Part shown: one piece after another, positions 24,168 through 39,100 of the stretch | Position numbering within the stretch: the first letter of the stretch is position 1 | Layout of the letters: every line of letters starts with the position of its first letter | DNA from: Mytilus trossulus | Lineage: Eukaryota | Assembly: GCF_036588685.1 (NCBI RefSeq) | Contig: NC_086374.1 | Span: 63,116,001-63,180,000, forward strand | Direction: 5' to 3' | DNA: 64,000 nucleotides | Position numbers and translations under genes: made by a program | The notes under the pieces: model-generated | Told to the model about the DNA's origin: nothing | The model's database searches: none | Seen by the model: the letters and a program-made list of their open reading frames with translations, nothing else

Positions 24168-27100
24168 ATGGCCGACACTGCGAAACGGGAGAAAATTGCT
24201 GCCGCTAGGAAGAAGGTTATCATCCTATTCCATTATCCCATTATCACTCAATTTACATATATATTGTACAGAAATGGAAGAGTTTTTTTTCCAAATCAAA
24301 TGACCGATATGTATAGTTAGGTTTCTGTATATTCCTCCTTTCTCTCGTCTGTTATTTTGACAGCAGCCGGTTCATCGGTTCATTTTTGCACACAATTATA
24401 AAAAAAAATAAGCTTTATTTATCGTCGGCAAATTATACAAATAAGGAAAACATGAATGCAAATGAGCTGATACATGATTTTTAATAAATAGAGACAGTCT
24501 GTTTGCTGTGATATAGAATTAATCAGCATAACAGACAGTCAGAGCTCAGACATAAATAAGTCTGAATCTGCTTTTGACTCATAGAGGTCTAAAGTTGTAA
24601 GTTTTAGGATTTGTCTCCCTTTAATGTAAGACAAAATATGACTTGAATTAGTCCAATATTGTTAAACAAGAAATAATTGACCAGAATCAAAAAGTTGCAA
24701 ATATCGACTCCTACAAGTCGATGAGTGATCAAAATTGGTGAACTTCAAGACCCACGCATATTTATAAGGAGGTCATGCATCTAAATCAAATAATGACAAC
24801 ATTAAAAGACAATGCTTTGTCTTCTAAAGAAAAATATGAATGAGAGTCTAAAAAATCGGAGATAATGATAATTAACCTTACAATGCAACCACCTGGAATC
24901 ACACTCAATGAGGTAAAACATCTGTGTTTAGTAAGGATGTTCAATTAGATAATTAAATATAGATAGCTCAAGTCCTTGTGAACTCTCATACAGGTTTTTG
25001 CTGTCATAGGTGGTGTAGTTTGGTCACAAAGTAACATTAAGTTTTATCACCAACATAAATAGACCTAAACAAGTCTGTCATTTTCTGACTTAGATAAGTC
25101 TAAAATTGAAACTACATTTTTATAATAAATACATGTTTCGACTTATTTAAGTCAAAAACAAAAATAGACTTGTTTATGTCTGAGCTCTGACTGACAGATA
25201 TGATCTTTAATACACCTTATCGCTATTTGTCCACCATTACTGGATATCACACAGGTTCCCATAAAATGTTGACGTCATAAAACAAAACATCTGAAGTCAC
25301 AATGGAAAAGTGATTGTTGTGTGCGTCTAAAGGTCAAGGGGACGGTCCGGCCGAGTAGGATAATAACGATAAGGTGTATTAAGTCCAAATTGTGCCGGAG
25401 CCTTGATCATAAAGACTAACTTGATGGTAAAAACTGTTCATCAACAGTGATCACTACTAGCACTTCTGCAAATATACTAGACACAAGCCTGTGAAACATA
25501 ACTACCAACCCTCTTGTTTTGAGTAGGATACCCCGTCGCAAACGATGAAGTATCTTGCTTTCCTATGTTTTGACCTTGAATAACCAGAGTTTGTATCTGT
25601 ATATATGTTGAAGACACCAATTCTGGCTTTTATTCAACGGGAGAGAGAGAGACACCTATTGCAGTCAGGAGTACAAGTGTATTTTATTTACTTGAAGAAG
25701 TAAAAAAAAATATACACATATAAGTAAATTTGTAGGATACTTATACAAGTGGATTTTATTTACTTGTATAGGTAAAAAAAAATTGACTGAGTTATTTCCC
25801 TTTCGGCATTCAGATTTTTTTACTTGTATCTACATGTTTCATTTTAGGTCCTCTGATATTTGTAGGCCTAGGTATGGATTGTGTTGGACTTGTTGTAGTA
25901 CATGTCCGTTCTGGCTTTTGTTCTTGATGCTAAGAATATAGCACTTCTTTGCGTTGAAACGCATGCCCAAATTTTTGGCCCATACCTCCAGATTTTGGAG
26001 GTCTTTCTGTAGGCGTGTGTGGTCATGTTGGTTATTTAAGTGAGGCAGTTATCTGGCAAATCCTGACCTATGGTTGTACTGCATCTGGAAGGTCATTAAT
26101 GTGGCAAAGGAAGAGAAGGGGTCCTAGTACTGTACCTTGTGGTGCACCAGAGTCTACCAGTCTTCACGATGAACTTTTAAATCTACAGGCCCAGAGCTCA
26201 ATTTTTGAAAATGTTTAGTAAGATTCTGTTGACCTGTAGAAATGATCCTTACAGGCCTGAGAGCAATTTTACAAGTCTGTGCTACCACTTAGCATGAAGA
26301 CTGGTCTACTGAAGCTTCTTCTGATTCCACTCCATCTACTACAGCTTTCATTTTCCTTTGGGTTAGGAACATTTCCAATCATTTATTTAGTGGTCCTCTT
26401 ATATATATAATTATTATTCTGTATTCGCTCATGACTTATTTATTGATTTCAATATAGAAATAAACCTAACAATCAGCTACATGTATCCTTTGAAAACTTG
26501 GGTCTGACAGTAGTTTTAATGTTGTCCTTCAATATATAAGGAATCACAATTAAGTCCTGCTATGTAATGTAAACTCCAGTTCAATATAAAGATAGAGGTC
26601 TGTCTAGATCAAGGAGCAGTGTAAAAAAGAAATAGATAAATGCGAATCCTAATGTCATGAATGTCGAGCAGATTTGAAGGAAATATTTTCAATTTTATGA
26701 CCAAGTTCACTAGACAATAAATATTTTCACACATCATTTCAATTTCTGCTGGTGGTCTGTTCGATGTACAAAATGTATGTAAGCATGCTTAGTGAAGGAC
26801 TTGTAAATAAAATCAAAATATGGAATATTATGAGTTATGAGACTTGAAGATATTGAAACAGGCTTGTATAGATTATAACTTTGAATTTAAGAAAAAAATA
26901 CATTTTTTAAATTTTTGTTAGAGTATTGTAGAAACAGGTCATATATTTAACTTGAAAATGTTGTTCATACAAAATCTATGACAGCTCAGGGGAGATCTCC
27001 CTCTTTAAAGGTTTCAGAGGTTGGCAGGTTTGCTGCGAAGTACATACTGAGCTGTGGGAAATTGCTTTCAAGACATTTTTGCCACACTATCTGTTTGTTT

Positions 27101-30100
27101 CAAACGCTGTGTTTTGGTCACAATTGAATTGTCCATACTTTTTCATATTGTTAATGCTGTATAAAAAGGAATTTTCCTGAAACTTTCTACCTTACAAATT
27201 ACCATTCTACATCCACATATTCCTACATAGTAGGATGGCTTTGTCAAAAATTCACCTGCACTAGTACTGATTATAGCTTATAAAAATATACAAAATAGAA
27301 CATGTCTTTAATATCACCAATTCATAAAATCAAGCGTGAAAATGAAAAATACAAACATCCCCACAGGTAACAGTTAAAAGATTAATTTCAGCATTACCAT
27401 ATAGCCAAAACGACTACAAAGTATGGCGTGACTATCCTAATGTCTGTGGCCAATAAGCTAATGCCACTGAAATTTCTTTCATCGCTTCAAATCTATACAA
27501 CATAAAAACATATTATAATCTCTCCTGTAAACTCTTAGAACTTGATCTTTGTAATGTTTGTGCAGTTTAGCCAGGACTCTATCACTTATAACATGTATAA
27601 ATTCACATTGTGGTAAAAAGTGAAAAGCAATAAGTTGAAACAAAAATAAAATTTATATGTAATATTTTTTCCCTTATTGAATATATAGTAAAGGAATAAT
27701 ACAGCATAAGACATAATACAGGCGATTAAAATGGTTCAATTCCAATTTATTTTTCTACTGGCTGAAGTCAAGAACATTTGTTCCCCTCTGGAACATGCAA
27801 TTTTACCTGCATATATACAAATGTATACAGAAAGGTCAGAGAAGCTCAGGTTGAAAATTCATAAGGGATCTATTGATAATATATGCAGCAAAAATTAACA
27901 CATTAAATTGTTATATTCATGTAAAGAAAACATTACTTTATTGAATTTTCTCATGACAGGAGCATGACATGCATGAGTCGACTAACTAAGTAAAAAACAT
28001 AAATGTGAAGAAAAAAAAATACATTTTGGGAATAAGTGACCTGAAAGATTATTATATTACATGTAATTAATTGGTTCTAATTGATTTTCACTGGCATATT
28101 ATAATTAATAAAATTGCAGTAATGAATGCATATATTTAATATTTCTGTTTCAGTTGAACCAGTTTAAGAAGAAAACTGGGAAAACTTCTCCAGCAAATGC
28201 TAAAAAGTCTAAGATTAATGACGAAAGTACACAGAACCCAGAAAATGAAATAAAGCATACAGCTGAAAACACATTCCAAAACCTTAATGGTAATTCTGCA
28301 ACAGATATAATCCAGGTAAAATACTTTCAAGACATACATTTCTACCTTGTCACGCAGATAATATCTAAGTAAAGCATATTCCATCTGTGATGACATTAAT
28401 GTTTTTGTAATAAAGATACATTTACAGATAGGACAATTTGTGTCCATAGCAGATCTTGATCCTTCTTTTTTGACAATGTCATGAGTGTCTCAAGTTCAGT
28501 AAACACTGGGGAAAATCCAAAAAAAAATATGAATAAAACAAAATTTCTTCAAAATACTCCATTTGATATTAGACTGAGAGAGCAATTGTTTCTTATAGAC
28601 CTGATAGATTTGATATATTTTGTACAGTTATAAAAAGGAACAATTTATGTATTGCATAATTCCTGGAATACATATTCAAGTAGCAGAAATGCTTATTTGT
28701 CTTCACTAGCTAGTCAGTCAAAAGTTGATGTTATTATGATTCAATGATGACAGTCAATAAATGTATATATGTTACAGCATATTTCAGTCAGTAAAAAATC
28801 TATCTCTCTGTAGGACTAAGCTACTTTAAAAGGAGGGAAGTTTACCTTACCTAACAATGACTTCACGGTTCAGCTAACAAGCAAGCTAACCAAAGATATT
28901 ACCATTAGCTACATACTGACTGAAATGTGCTGTAAGAAGTTAAGTGTTATTGTAGAATTTTATAAATATGTAAAAAAAAAAATATATATACGTTTGTTTG
29001 TATTTACATGTGTGAATAAGAGTAGATTTAATAATCTGAGAGTCTCCTATTTTTATTCAGACTAGAGATTCTCCAGACTCCATAGAAAACAGAACAGATA
29101 GTGAAGATCTGAAGTAGGTTAAATATACACAAACAACTTACAATCATGACAATGTAGCTTAGATATTTCATTTGATGAAAAACTCACATTCATTTTCCCA
29201 GTTTTATTGACATATTCAACATTTGTGCATGTGTACACATACATGAGCATATAAAGATAAAAAATTTACTAACAAAAAAAAAATGTTGCTAACTTTACTT
29301 TAGATAAACAAATTTACCATCCATGCAGAGTTTAGCGTCATTAATACCAATGCGGTAATAGTATACATGATATTTATGAAATATCGTTTTTAAATCAAAA
29401 TTTCTTAAACTTTATCCTTTTATACAATCATTAAAGGATAGATATCTAAAAAAAAATGTTTTTCTGAAGAATTTTGAGCCTTTGAGATCACAGTTAAGAG
29501 ATTTAATTTCAATTCTAACTCCATATTTTTGGATAAATAAGACATTGGTTTTAAGAGAGACAATCACTGTTACTATAAATTGTTCATGAATGAGGCTTTC
29601 CTGTATATATATATACAATATTTTTTATTAAATGAAACATCTGTGAAATGATAAATGTTTTTTTATTTATCCAGTAAAATGAACACACATCCTAATTTGC
29701 CTCCAGGAAGGTACTTTCAGATTTCTTCTTTCATACTAATTAATCTGTTTTCTTACCTTGTTGGTCACATGTAGATGAGGTATTATTAAATATTATTAAC
29801 TTACATTACCATAAATTGGGTTATTTTGGTTGTAGTTTTATTTTGTGCCTCCGATGAAAGTGCCAAAAGTTAAACACACGAAAATAAATAAAACACTAAG
29901 AATTGAAAGGCCAAAATGGCATACCGGTGCAACAATATCATTATGTTAATTCTTAGAGAAAACATTTTATGTTATTATATCTTCTGTATATTTACTACAA
30001 TTCAATACATAGTCAAAATCTGCAAATAAATTCCTCATATAATTTGACAACATTACTATACAATTTTCAATAATAGTCAATTTTTTCGGAAAGAAAACAC

Positions 30101-33100
30101 AACATGAATTTTTATTTACAAATGTCATAAATATGCCAATCTATTGCCTTTTTACGCTGTTGTTCTGCCAGAGGTATAAGGATTCAAATTTAAATCCTTG
30201 TTTGTCAATAGATTAACATGTACTGCATTAGAGATCATTAAAATTTATTTCATAGGATATTTGTAAAAAATAATGATCTATGGATCTATATATATACGCC
30301 ATTATCATGATTATAGCCAGACGCCAAAATTTCCCAATTTACAGTATTGAACTAAAATGATATTTTATTATGTTCAATATCTAAAAAGGTCTGAATTTAG
30401 AGTAAAGTTTACTAAAATTTTGTTTACATGTAATTTTAAAAATGCCTGATAGATGGCTATTTCTGTTTTATTCATATTTAGTAGTGTTTATTTATACCTA
30501 CTTGTGACTGACAGAATTGAACTTTGAACCTGTTTGTATTTATCTGATATAACTGTGTCAAACATTTCCCAGTGATCATGTAATCAGCATGAAATAGATT
30601 AAAAATTAGAAATAGTTTTTGAATGATATGCATGGATTTATTTTACTCTCCACATAATCTTTTTCAACAACTTCAAACGTGGTCTAACATCATATTTTGT
30701 GAAATTCTGGAAATTCTGAAAGAAAAGTCCTTATAATGAATCTTTGGATAATTTCTTCAAGTGTCTATTTTTACATCCAAGTAAAATCATAAAATGTATA
30801 TAAAAAAAGATCATTGTTTACATTGTTTGTTTTCTTTCAATCCGTTATACTTGTACCAGAAGTAATGAAAAATCAGTTCGTCATGAAATTCCTTTAAATG
30901 ATATGGCCATGCAAGAATGGAATATTAGTGGATAAAAGTAGAAACTTTTACATATATACATGCAGTTAATCATTTTAATCATGATCATTGTTAAGGAAAA
31001 TTTGAATTATATTAAACGTTTGATCCAATTTTGGATCGATTTTGAAACTTTTAATACATGTATCAGGAATTATAAGTATTGTATTAATATGTATGACTCT
31101 TAGCAATGTATATAATCCCACATATTCTTGAGAGCCTTGCACTTGACCATAGTGAATGCCAGACTTGACTAAGAATACTAACAAATCCATGACCTGTCTG
31201 TTAGAATTTACATGTGTAAAGATTATTTAATAAATGTTTCTGAAATATTTTCTACATATATATATCTTATACTGCTATCCAGACTTTCTCAATATGTAGA
31301 CACAAAGTTTCAGAAAGATTGATTTTGAAGAGAACCAAATTCTCATTTCATATTTTATTAAATAGAAAGATCAAGTTGAATCATCATACTGATTAGAAAA
31401 AGTGCCATGTTAATGTTTACATGTTTATTTTTATATATTTTCTTTTATCAAGGTTTATAAAGTATGATTGTCCACAAGTTACCACAATGATTTCATCCAA
31501 AACATGAAAATTTTTACTTTTAGATATTGAATAGTTAAGCTAACACATATAACACATTAGTGTCATAGACATAGTGACATACTGTATGTATTAGGAATAC
31601 CAAATTAATGATTGACATGTGTTTTTCAGGACTACAGCTTCCACAGAAAGTCTACACCAGCTATCAAGACAGCTAAATGGTCTTTTGGCAGAGGTATAAC
31701 CATTGATTTTGCTATTTACGAAAAGGTTTTCGCATTGACGAAATATATCAAATCAATTTCGTCAATTAAATTTTGAAAAAATATTTTCACATCAAAATAC
31801 TATAAATCTACATGTACCTGTCTTTATGTATTTGACAAGTTTATGACCCCCACGTTATTAACATTTTCAACAGGTGTTACAAGTTGTGATTACAACTAAT
31901 CCGCTTATTGCCATCTGATTGGTCACTCTTTCGTTAATTATTAATAAACCTCAGAAATTGACCTTCATAATTATTTCCCCAGGAAAATCAGTATAGTCAT
32001 GATAGTTTCGTCATTTCATCAAAATTGTTGCCCCTGTATGGATTGCATTTGAATTTCAATATTTCTCAAAATATTACAATTTGAAGTTTGTTTGTTGTAC
32101 ATTTTTGTAGATTCGTCATTCAAATGCATTTTCATCATATTTGATACAAAGGTTCATCAAAATCTTTCGACAATTTCCATTTAAGATATGGAACTTTATG
32201 CTTCCTGTACTCTATATAACTATGAAAGTAGTAAACCTGATCTTATCTTGATTTGTTTACAACTTCCTTTCAGTTATTATAATCCTTCCTAAAAGGATTT
32301 TATACAGTTCCAACTTAATAGAAATGATTTCCAAACACCAATTTATACGTTTTATAAGGATAATGATTATGCAGTGATATAATTGTTGCAAGTTAATTTC
32401 TGCTGTGATTCCTTATTTAAAAAAAATGAATTCAACTTTTGTTGTTTGGGAATGTCCCCTGGAACAAACTGAAGAGAAATTGTGAACAAAATGTCTGGAT
32501 CTGATGTCAGAATGTTTCATAATAAGGGCCAGTAGTCCAATACAGTCAAATCATAATCATACAATACTGACTGCCAATCATACCTAAGTCCTTTAAAATC
32601 TGACAAAGTCAAAGATGAAGCTAGTGATATACATCCTTGGTCCCTTGCTGTTACACAAAAAAAAGGTTGATTTTTATAGTGTGCAAGAGTGACTAAAGCC
32701 CTCAATATCCTAGCTTAAACCCTGTGTATAACAAACATTTGTGTTGCTGTTTTAATTTTATAGTTGTAAAATGGGGAAAAAACTAGCTTTTAAAATTTGA
32801 ATAGATACACAATCTTCTAAAAGACCTCTATAAAAGGGGATCTCCAGAATATGGATATGATCCAAAATGCATGTACATGTATTGTCACTACATCATGCAA
32901 AGGTCACACGCATCAAGAATTTGTTGCTTATTAACTAAAGCAAGATGGAATATTATCATTAGCTGTATTTCATACAATTATTGTTTGAGAAACTCATTTC
33001 ATGTACTAACTAATGTTGTTGTGGTTTTTTTTTTAAATAAAAGAAGGTTGTGACACTTTTACAAAAATATTAAAAACATATACAAAATTTGCAATTGGTA

Positions 33101-36100
33101 AAAGTTGAATGTTTCATTGCTCTTGCTGCCAAGTTCCATCGACTGCTGCATACCATAGAAAAATGTATCCATGAATTTTGCCACGCTTTATATTTTGAAT
33201 TACTTTTTTTATTCATTAATATAACTTTTAAGATAATTATCATAATTCCATGTTTAACTAAATGAAGAAGTCATTATATTTTAGTCCAGTGCATTGATCG
33301 GAGCAGATGATTTGGATACATCAAGTGTAGAAGAACTTGAAGTAAGTAACATAAAATGTGCTTTATTTTCAAATGAACATCTGGGCAACCAACAAATCAA
33401 TCAATCATTTTAGATAACTTGTTGCCATCCCTAATATAAATGAACAATATTGTAATATTTATTAACTACTTGACACACCAGCAATCAATTAGATGTTTTA
33501 AGGTGGGGTCTTAAAAACAGTTTGATATTTACCTTATCATACCCCCATAAAGAGGAGATTAATTGCATCTGCTATTCTTCTATACCCTCCCATCCATCAA
33601 ATGAAATAATTGTAATTTTCTTTCAAACTACCAATTACAATCAAAAAATTATATTTGGTATGAGGCTTTATGTGAGCATGCCATAAGCAGTGGTATCATA
33701 TGGCGCTATCTATTTTGTGGCTTTGATTAATGTTAGGAAGAAAATATAAGAAATTATATCCATATAATAACACTATATGTGAGTAGATACTATAATATGA
33801 TTGTTTTACAGAGAAGAAATCAAGATCTTGCTGCATTGTTAGAGAAACATTCCCAGGCTAATGAGCAATTAAATCTACAAATACAACAGATAGTAAGTGA
33901 TTTATTGTTATGCTTACTAAGAAAATTGAGTATGGAAATGAGGAATGTGTCAAAGAGACTACAACCTGACCATAGAACAGACAACAGCAGGAGGTCACTA
34001 ATAGGTCTTCAATGCAGCGTTAATTCCCGCACCCTAAGATGTCCTTCAGCTGGGCCCTAAACAAATATACATACTAGTTCAGTTATAACGAACGAGTTAC
34101 TAAACTCCAAATTGTACACAAGAAACTAAAATTAAAAATAATACAAGACTAACAGAGGCTCCTGACTTGGGACAGGCGCAAAATTGCAGCGGGCTTAACT
34201 ACTAGCAGTTAACTGACATGCCAGCTCCAGACCAATTAAACTGATTGAAAGATCATGTCTTCATTATATGAATATCAGGCACAATCCCTCCCATTACAAT
34301 GCGTTAGGGGTTTAGTGTCATACCATCATTACATATATGAGAAGAACATAACCCGTGTCATTAATTGTCATGATGTTTTGTTTACATTTAATTCAAGTTT
34401 TTTTTGTTATTTAAGAAAATATAACATATTACATTGTTTTTAATCAACGCTTTAATAATTGATATTACAGACCAAAAAGTCATTGTTATGTAAATGTGAG
34501 TAGATAGACCGTCTAATTTATTTTCCTTATACCCTACATAAGCCTTTTATTATTACAGAGAGATCATTCTAAAAATCTACAAGGCCAACTAGAGAGGGAA
34601 AGGGAAAATTTTCTTACAAAACAGAAACAGGAACTAGGACCATTAAAAGAACAACTTCAGGTAAGTTAGACATGCAAGTTTTCAGCAAGCTGATATTTGT
34701 GATGAACTATTGGTTCTTAAAATTATTATATAAAAGGCTGCGATTTGGTATGATTGACAATGAGCAACTATTTGACCGAGTATAAGCTGACTCACAGTCT
34801 CTCTATTTCATGTTATGCATGGGTAAGGAGTCAATAATTAGCACATTGCTAGTAGATATACATGTTATGATGACATTACACCTTTATTTAGTATTAGGAC
34901 TGTACACTAACCAATTTCTGTTTTTATGCATTTGTCTTGTAGAAAATACCCTGAATATAAATGTCAAAGTATAAGAATATGTGAGAAAAAAAAACAAAAA
35001 AAAAAAGAAAAAAAATCAAGAAAATAGTAGACAAAGAGGGCTAGGAAGTGCTAAGCAGCATGTAAAAATAGAAACAGTGGCTTTGTCTATCAGACAGTTG
35101 CCAAGTACAAACTGCTGATGCAGATACATTTTCTTTATCATTAAATGTTGTGGCATAACAAAATGTCTTTTGATTTCAAGTGTAAAAAATATGAGAAATA
35201 GTGAAGTTGAAAGCAGAGGTCAGACGTGGACTAATACTGAAAATCATAAATATTCTTCAATAATTACATTAGATGTATGTTTCATTATAATACGTGATTC
35301 TGATTGGCTAACTGCACACCGCGTGTTATTCCTTCAGCAATTGCATCACTCAATAAAACTTATCATCCATGATAACACGTGGTCCCACAATAAAGTGCAC
35401 ATGTGAATTAAATAAAAAACAATATAAAATTCGTGTTTTCATGACCATAGCTAAAAAATGTAATTATAAGTATTGAATGCTTCTTTTCGTAACTTTATAG
35501 GGTTGTAAATGCGTTGACCGTGCGTACATTTTTAGAATTAAGCGCTTCCGCGCTTCATACAAAATGTACTTCGGTCAACGCTTTTACATCCCAATAAATT
35601 TACAAAAAGAAGCATTCAATTCTTAAGTAACACTGAATTAGTACATTAGAATTTATTTACATTTATTTGAACTTGATTTATACTTAGATTTCTTTTACCT
35701 TTGATTTTTACTAGGTGCATATACAAACAATTGGCATATTAGTGGCAGAAAAAACTGAAACACAATCACAGTTAAACCAGTCACAGAAATTAGCTGAGAC
35801 CAGGTTTAGTAAGTATCCAAAATAACCTCAATTGTTCACAAATATGTATTTGATTGACATTAAAAATTTTGAAATTAGTACATGAATATACATCTTCTTA
35901 ATCTTTTGAAATACATTTCCATACAATATGTACAATAGTTCTTTTGATGACTGAGTTGTTTACATCATTGGTTAACATTACCAAGTATTGTATTTTAAAG
36001 AAAACATTTAAAATAATTAGTTTTGGTTAATAGATATTATTAGGGAATCTCGATCAATATTATATCTTTGCATAATATATTTAAAACAGATGAAATAGAA

Positions 36101-39100
36101 GAACTCTCAGGAAGATTAAAAGCTTCAAGACAAAGAGTAGCAGATTTAGAAAGAAGTCTCTCAACAACAAGTTCATCTAGTCAACAGTTTCAAAAGGTAT
36201 TATACATTTTATCAGTTAAGTGGCTGATGCACTAAAACATACATGGGAAACTGGAAAGGAAATTACAAAATGATTTAACCAACTATAGAGGCATTTTTTT
36301 CAATTTCTCTGAAATATTGACTGTACTAAAAAGAATATGATACTCACCCATACTTAAAATTTCAAAGTGTCTTTCCTGAATTAGATGCATGTTTTAAGGG
36401 GACAGCTTTTAAAACATTTTGTAGAGAAATTTTGTATACAACAATTACTGCATTTTTGGGAGAATTTCAGAATATTGCTGTAACAATAATGAAGCACTTT
36501 CACATCTTTGTAACTTTGGATTTAGAATATTAAGTGCCACACCAAAGTAACTGTTTTTCTTTGTTTGTCAATCAAAGTTCTCATTCAATAAATTGATGGT
36601 TTAAACATAACTAACATAAATTTTGAATATAAGTTTATTGTATGTACAAGTTTTTCAAGTTTTGACATGATTAGTTGTGATTGCTGACTGTGAAAGCCAA
36701 TGGTTATCAATGTATTCAGACAAAAGAAATTATAAGCATAGCCACTTTTTATTGTCAAGCCTTCGACTTTTGTTGAAAAAGCGAGACTAAGCGTTCCTAC
36801 ATTCTGTCGTCGTCGGTGGCGTCCACAAATATTCACTCTGTGGTTCAAGTTTTTGAAATTTTAATTACTTTCTTAAACTGTACTGGATTACTACCAAACG
36901 TGGACAGAAGCTTGTTTATGATCATAAGATAGTATGCAGAAGTAAATTTTGTAAAAAATAAAATTCCATTTTTTCCGTATTTTACTTATAAATGGACTTA
37001 GTTTTTCTGACTGAAACATTATATTCACTCTGTGGTTAAAGTTTTTTAAACTTTTAATAACTTTCATAAACTGTACTGGACATGGACAGAAGCTTATTTA
37101 TGATTATAAGATAGTATGCAGAAGTAATTTTTGTTGAAATAAAATTCCATTTTTTTCGTATTTTACTTTTAAATGGACTTAGATTAATTTTCTGCCAGGA
37201 AACAACACATTCACTCTGTGGTTAAATTTTCAAAAAATTAATAATTTTCTGATCAATATTATTTTTAATTTGTACCAAACTTGGACAGAAGCTTGTTTAT
37301 GACCAAAAGATAGTATCTAGAAGGAAATTTTGTTAATATTTTGTACCTGTGTATCTATATTTTACTTATAAATGGACCAATTTTTTCTTTCAGTTAACAT
37401 TACATACCATTTGCAGTTTAAGTTTTTAAAACATTTATTAGATTCATAAACTATCCTAGATTTTTACAAAACTTGGACAGAAGCTCCTTACAATCAAAAG
37501 ATAGTATCAAGAGGAATATTTTTATTGATTTTTTTCCTCATTTCTGTTGAGCCTGCAATTTTCAGTAAAAGTAGGCGAGACACTGGGTTCTGCGGAACCC
37601 TAACAATTTTTTTTAACATCAGCTTGAAACAGTAGATACCTTTTGTTTAAGTAATCATTATCCATCTACTTTGTGTGTATGTTTAGTTTCAATTGTGGAG
37701 ATTGTAATGTTTATATATATATTTTCCTCAAAGAGTGAGATAAGAAGTTAGTTTATTATTTATTTTATTTCAGAGTAGTAAAGACTATGCTAAAGATGTT
37801 GACAGATTAAAATTGGATTTGTATAAAGCAAAGTAAGTGAATAGAAAATGGTTAACTTCTTGTTCTTTAAATCTCTTGTTAAATTAAATAATTGATGATT
37901 GATTTATTTTCTCAACAATTATTTTATAAATAATCAGCATGAAAAAGGAATAATTGTATTTTCAAAGACAAAAGGAATTAGAAACAATTAATTTGTATAG
38001 CAGCACTACATTTTTATGTGCAGTCTTGGATAGTATGTTTTCTGGCCTGTACTTTTGTTTGACTTTCAAATTCATTTAATTAGTCATTCTGTCCCCTAAA
38101 AGGTTAAAGGTTAAAAGATAACTCTGAAGTTGTGGTCAATTCATCTTGAAGCTTAGTAATCATAATCATTATTATATGAAATTTAAAAAAAATGTGTTTC
38201 TTTCAAATTATGGTTTGAAACAGATTGCACAGAACATTGAAATTATATAGTGTTGGAAGGGCATGGTGTCAATGGACTAATAGCCATTTTGAGTGTTAAA
38301 AATGTTTACAATAGTGTAATGAAAATAACTTGCCATTTTTCGCGTTTTACAGCAAATCAAATGAAGAACTGCAACAACAGACTTCTGAGTTGTCTGGTAA
38401 ACTTCAAGCAAAGGTAGGTAATCCATGATCAAGAAGGAACAAAATGCAGTCAAAAGATAAGTCTTGATAGGGCCTCTTTTTGACCTTTTGCATTAGAATA
38501 TCAAAAGTTGCAAAGTTACAAATCTATCAAAAACTTCCTTCAGCTGTTCATTAGAATTTTAAAACAATTAATCATCTAAATTAGATGATCAATTGTTTTA
38601 AAATTGGTCTTATATATTTTCATTAGAGCTTTACATGTTTTACATGTTATACTGATGGCAGTCTTATGATTCAACTTTTTTTAATGTGCAACACCTTAGA
38701 ATAAACTGAGGCAAAATATACCAGATAGACAAGCAAAAATCATAAGGTTAAGAAAAAGGCAAGTATACCGATGCAAAACCCAACAAAAACACCAACGAAG
38801 GTCTGAATAACAATACATAGAAAACTAAAAGACAGCAATATCTTGTATGTGTTAATAAAAAGGCAATACATGTATTGTACTGTATTCATCTACACATGAT
38901 CTATGACCTTTGATAATATGTCTTTAACTTTGGAATTTTGTGTATAAAATAAATGGTTTTAAAGAGTTTTCAAACTATATAACATAATTTATAAACATTT
39001 ACAGGTGACTGAATGTACAGGATTAGAACAGTCAATTGATGAACTGAAGAATAAATTAGAAATGGCGGAATTATATAGTAAACAAGTATCTAGTCACCAG

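Noticed and set aside
30860-30935. Extra GOLGA2 exon candidate
   Set aside because: Runs into a stop codon with no phase-compatible donor.
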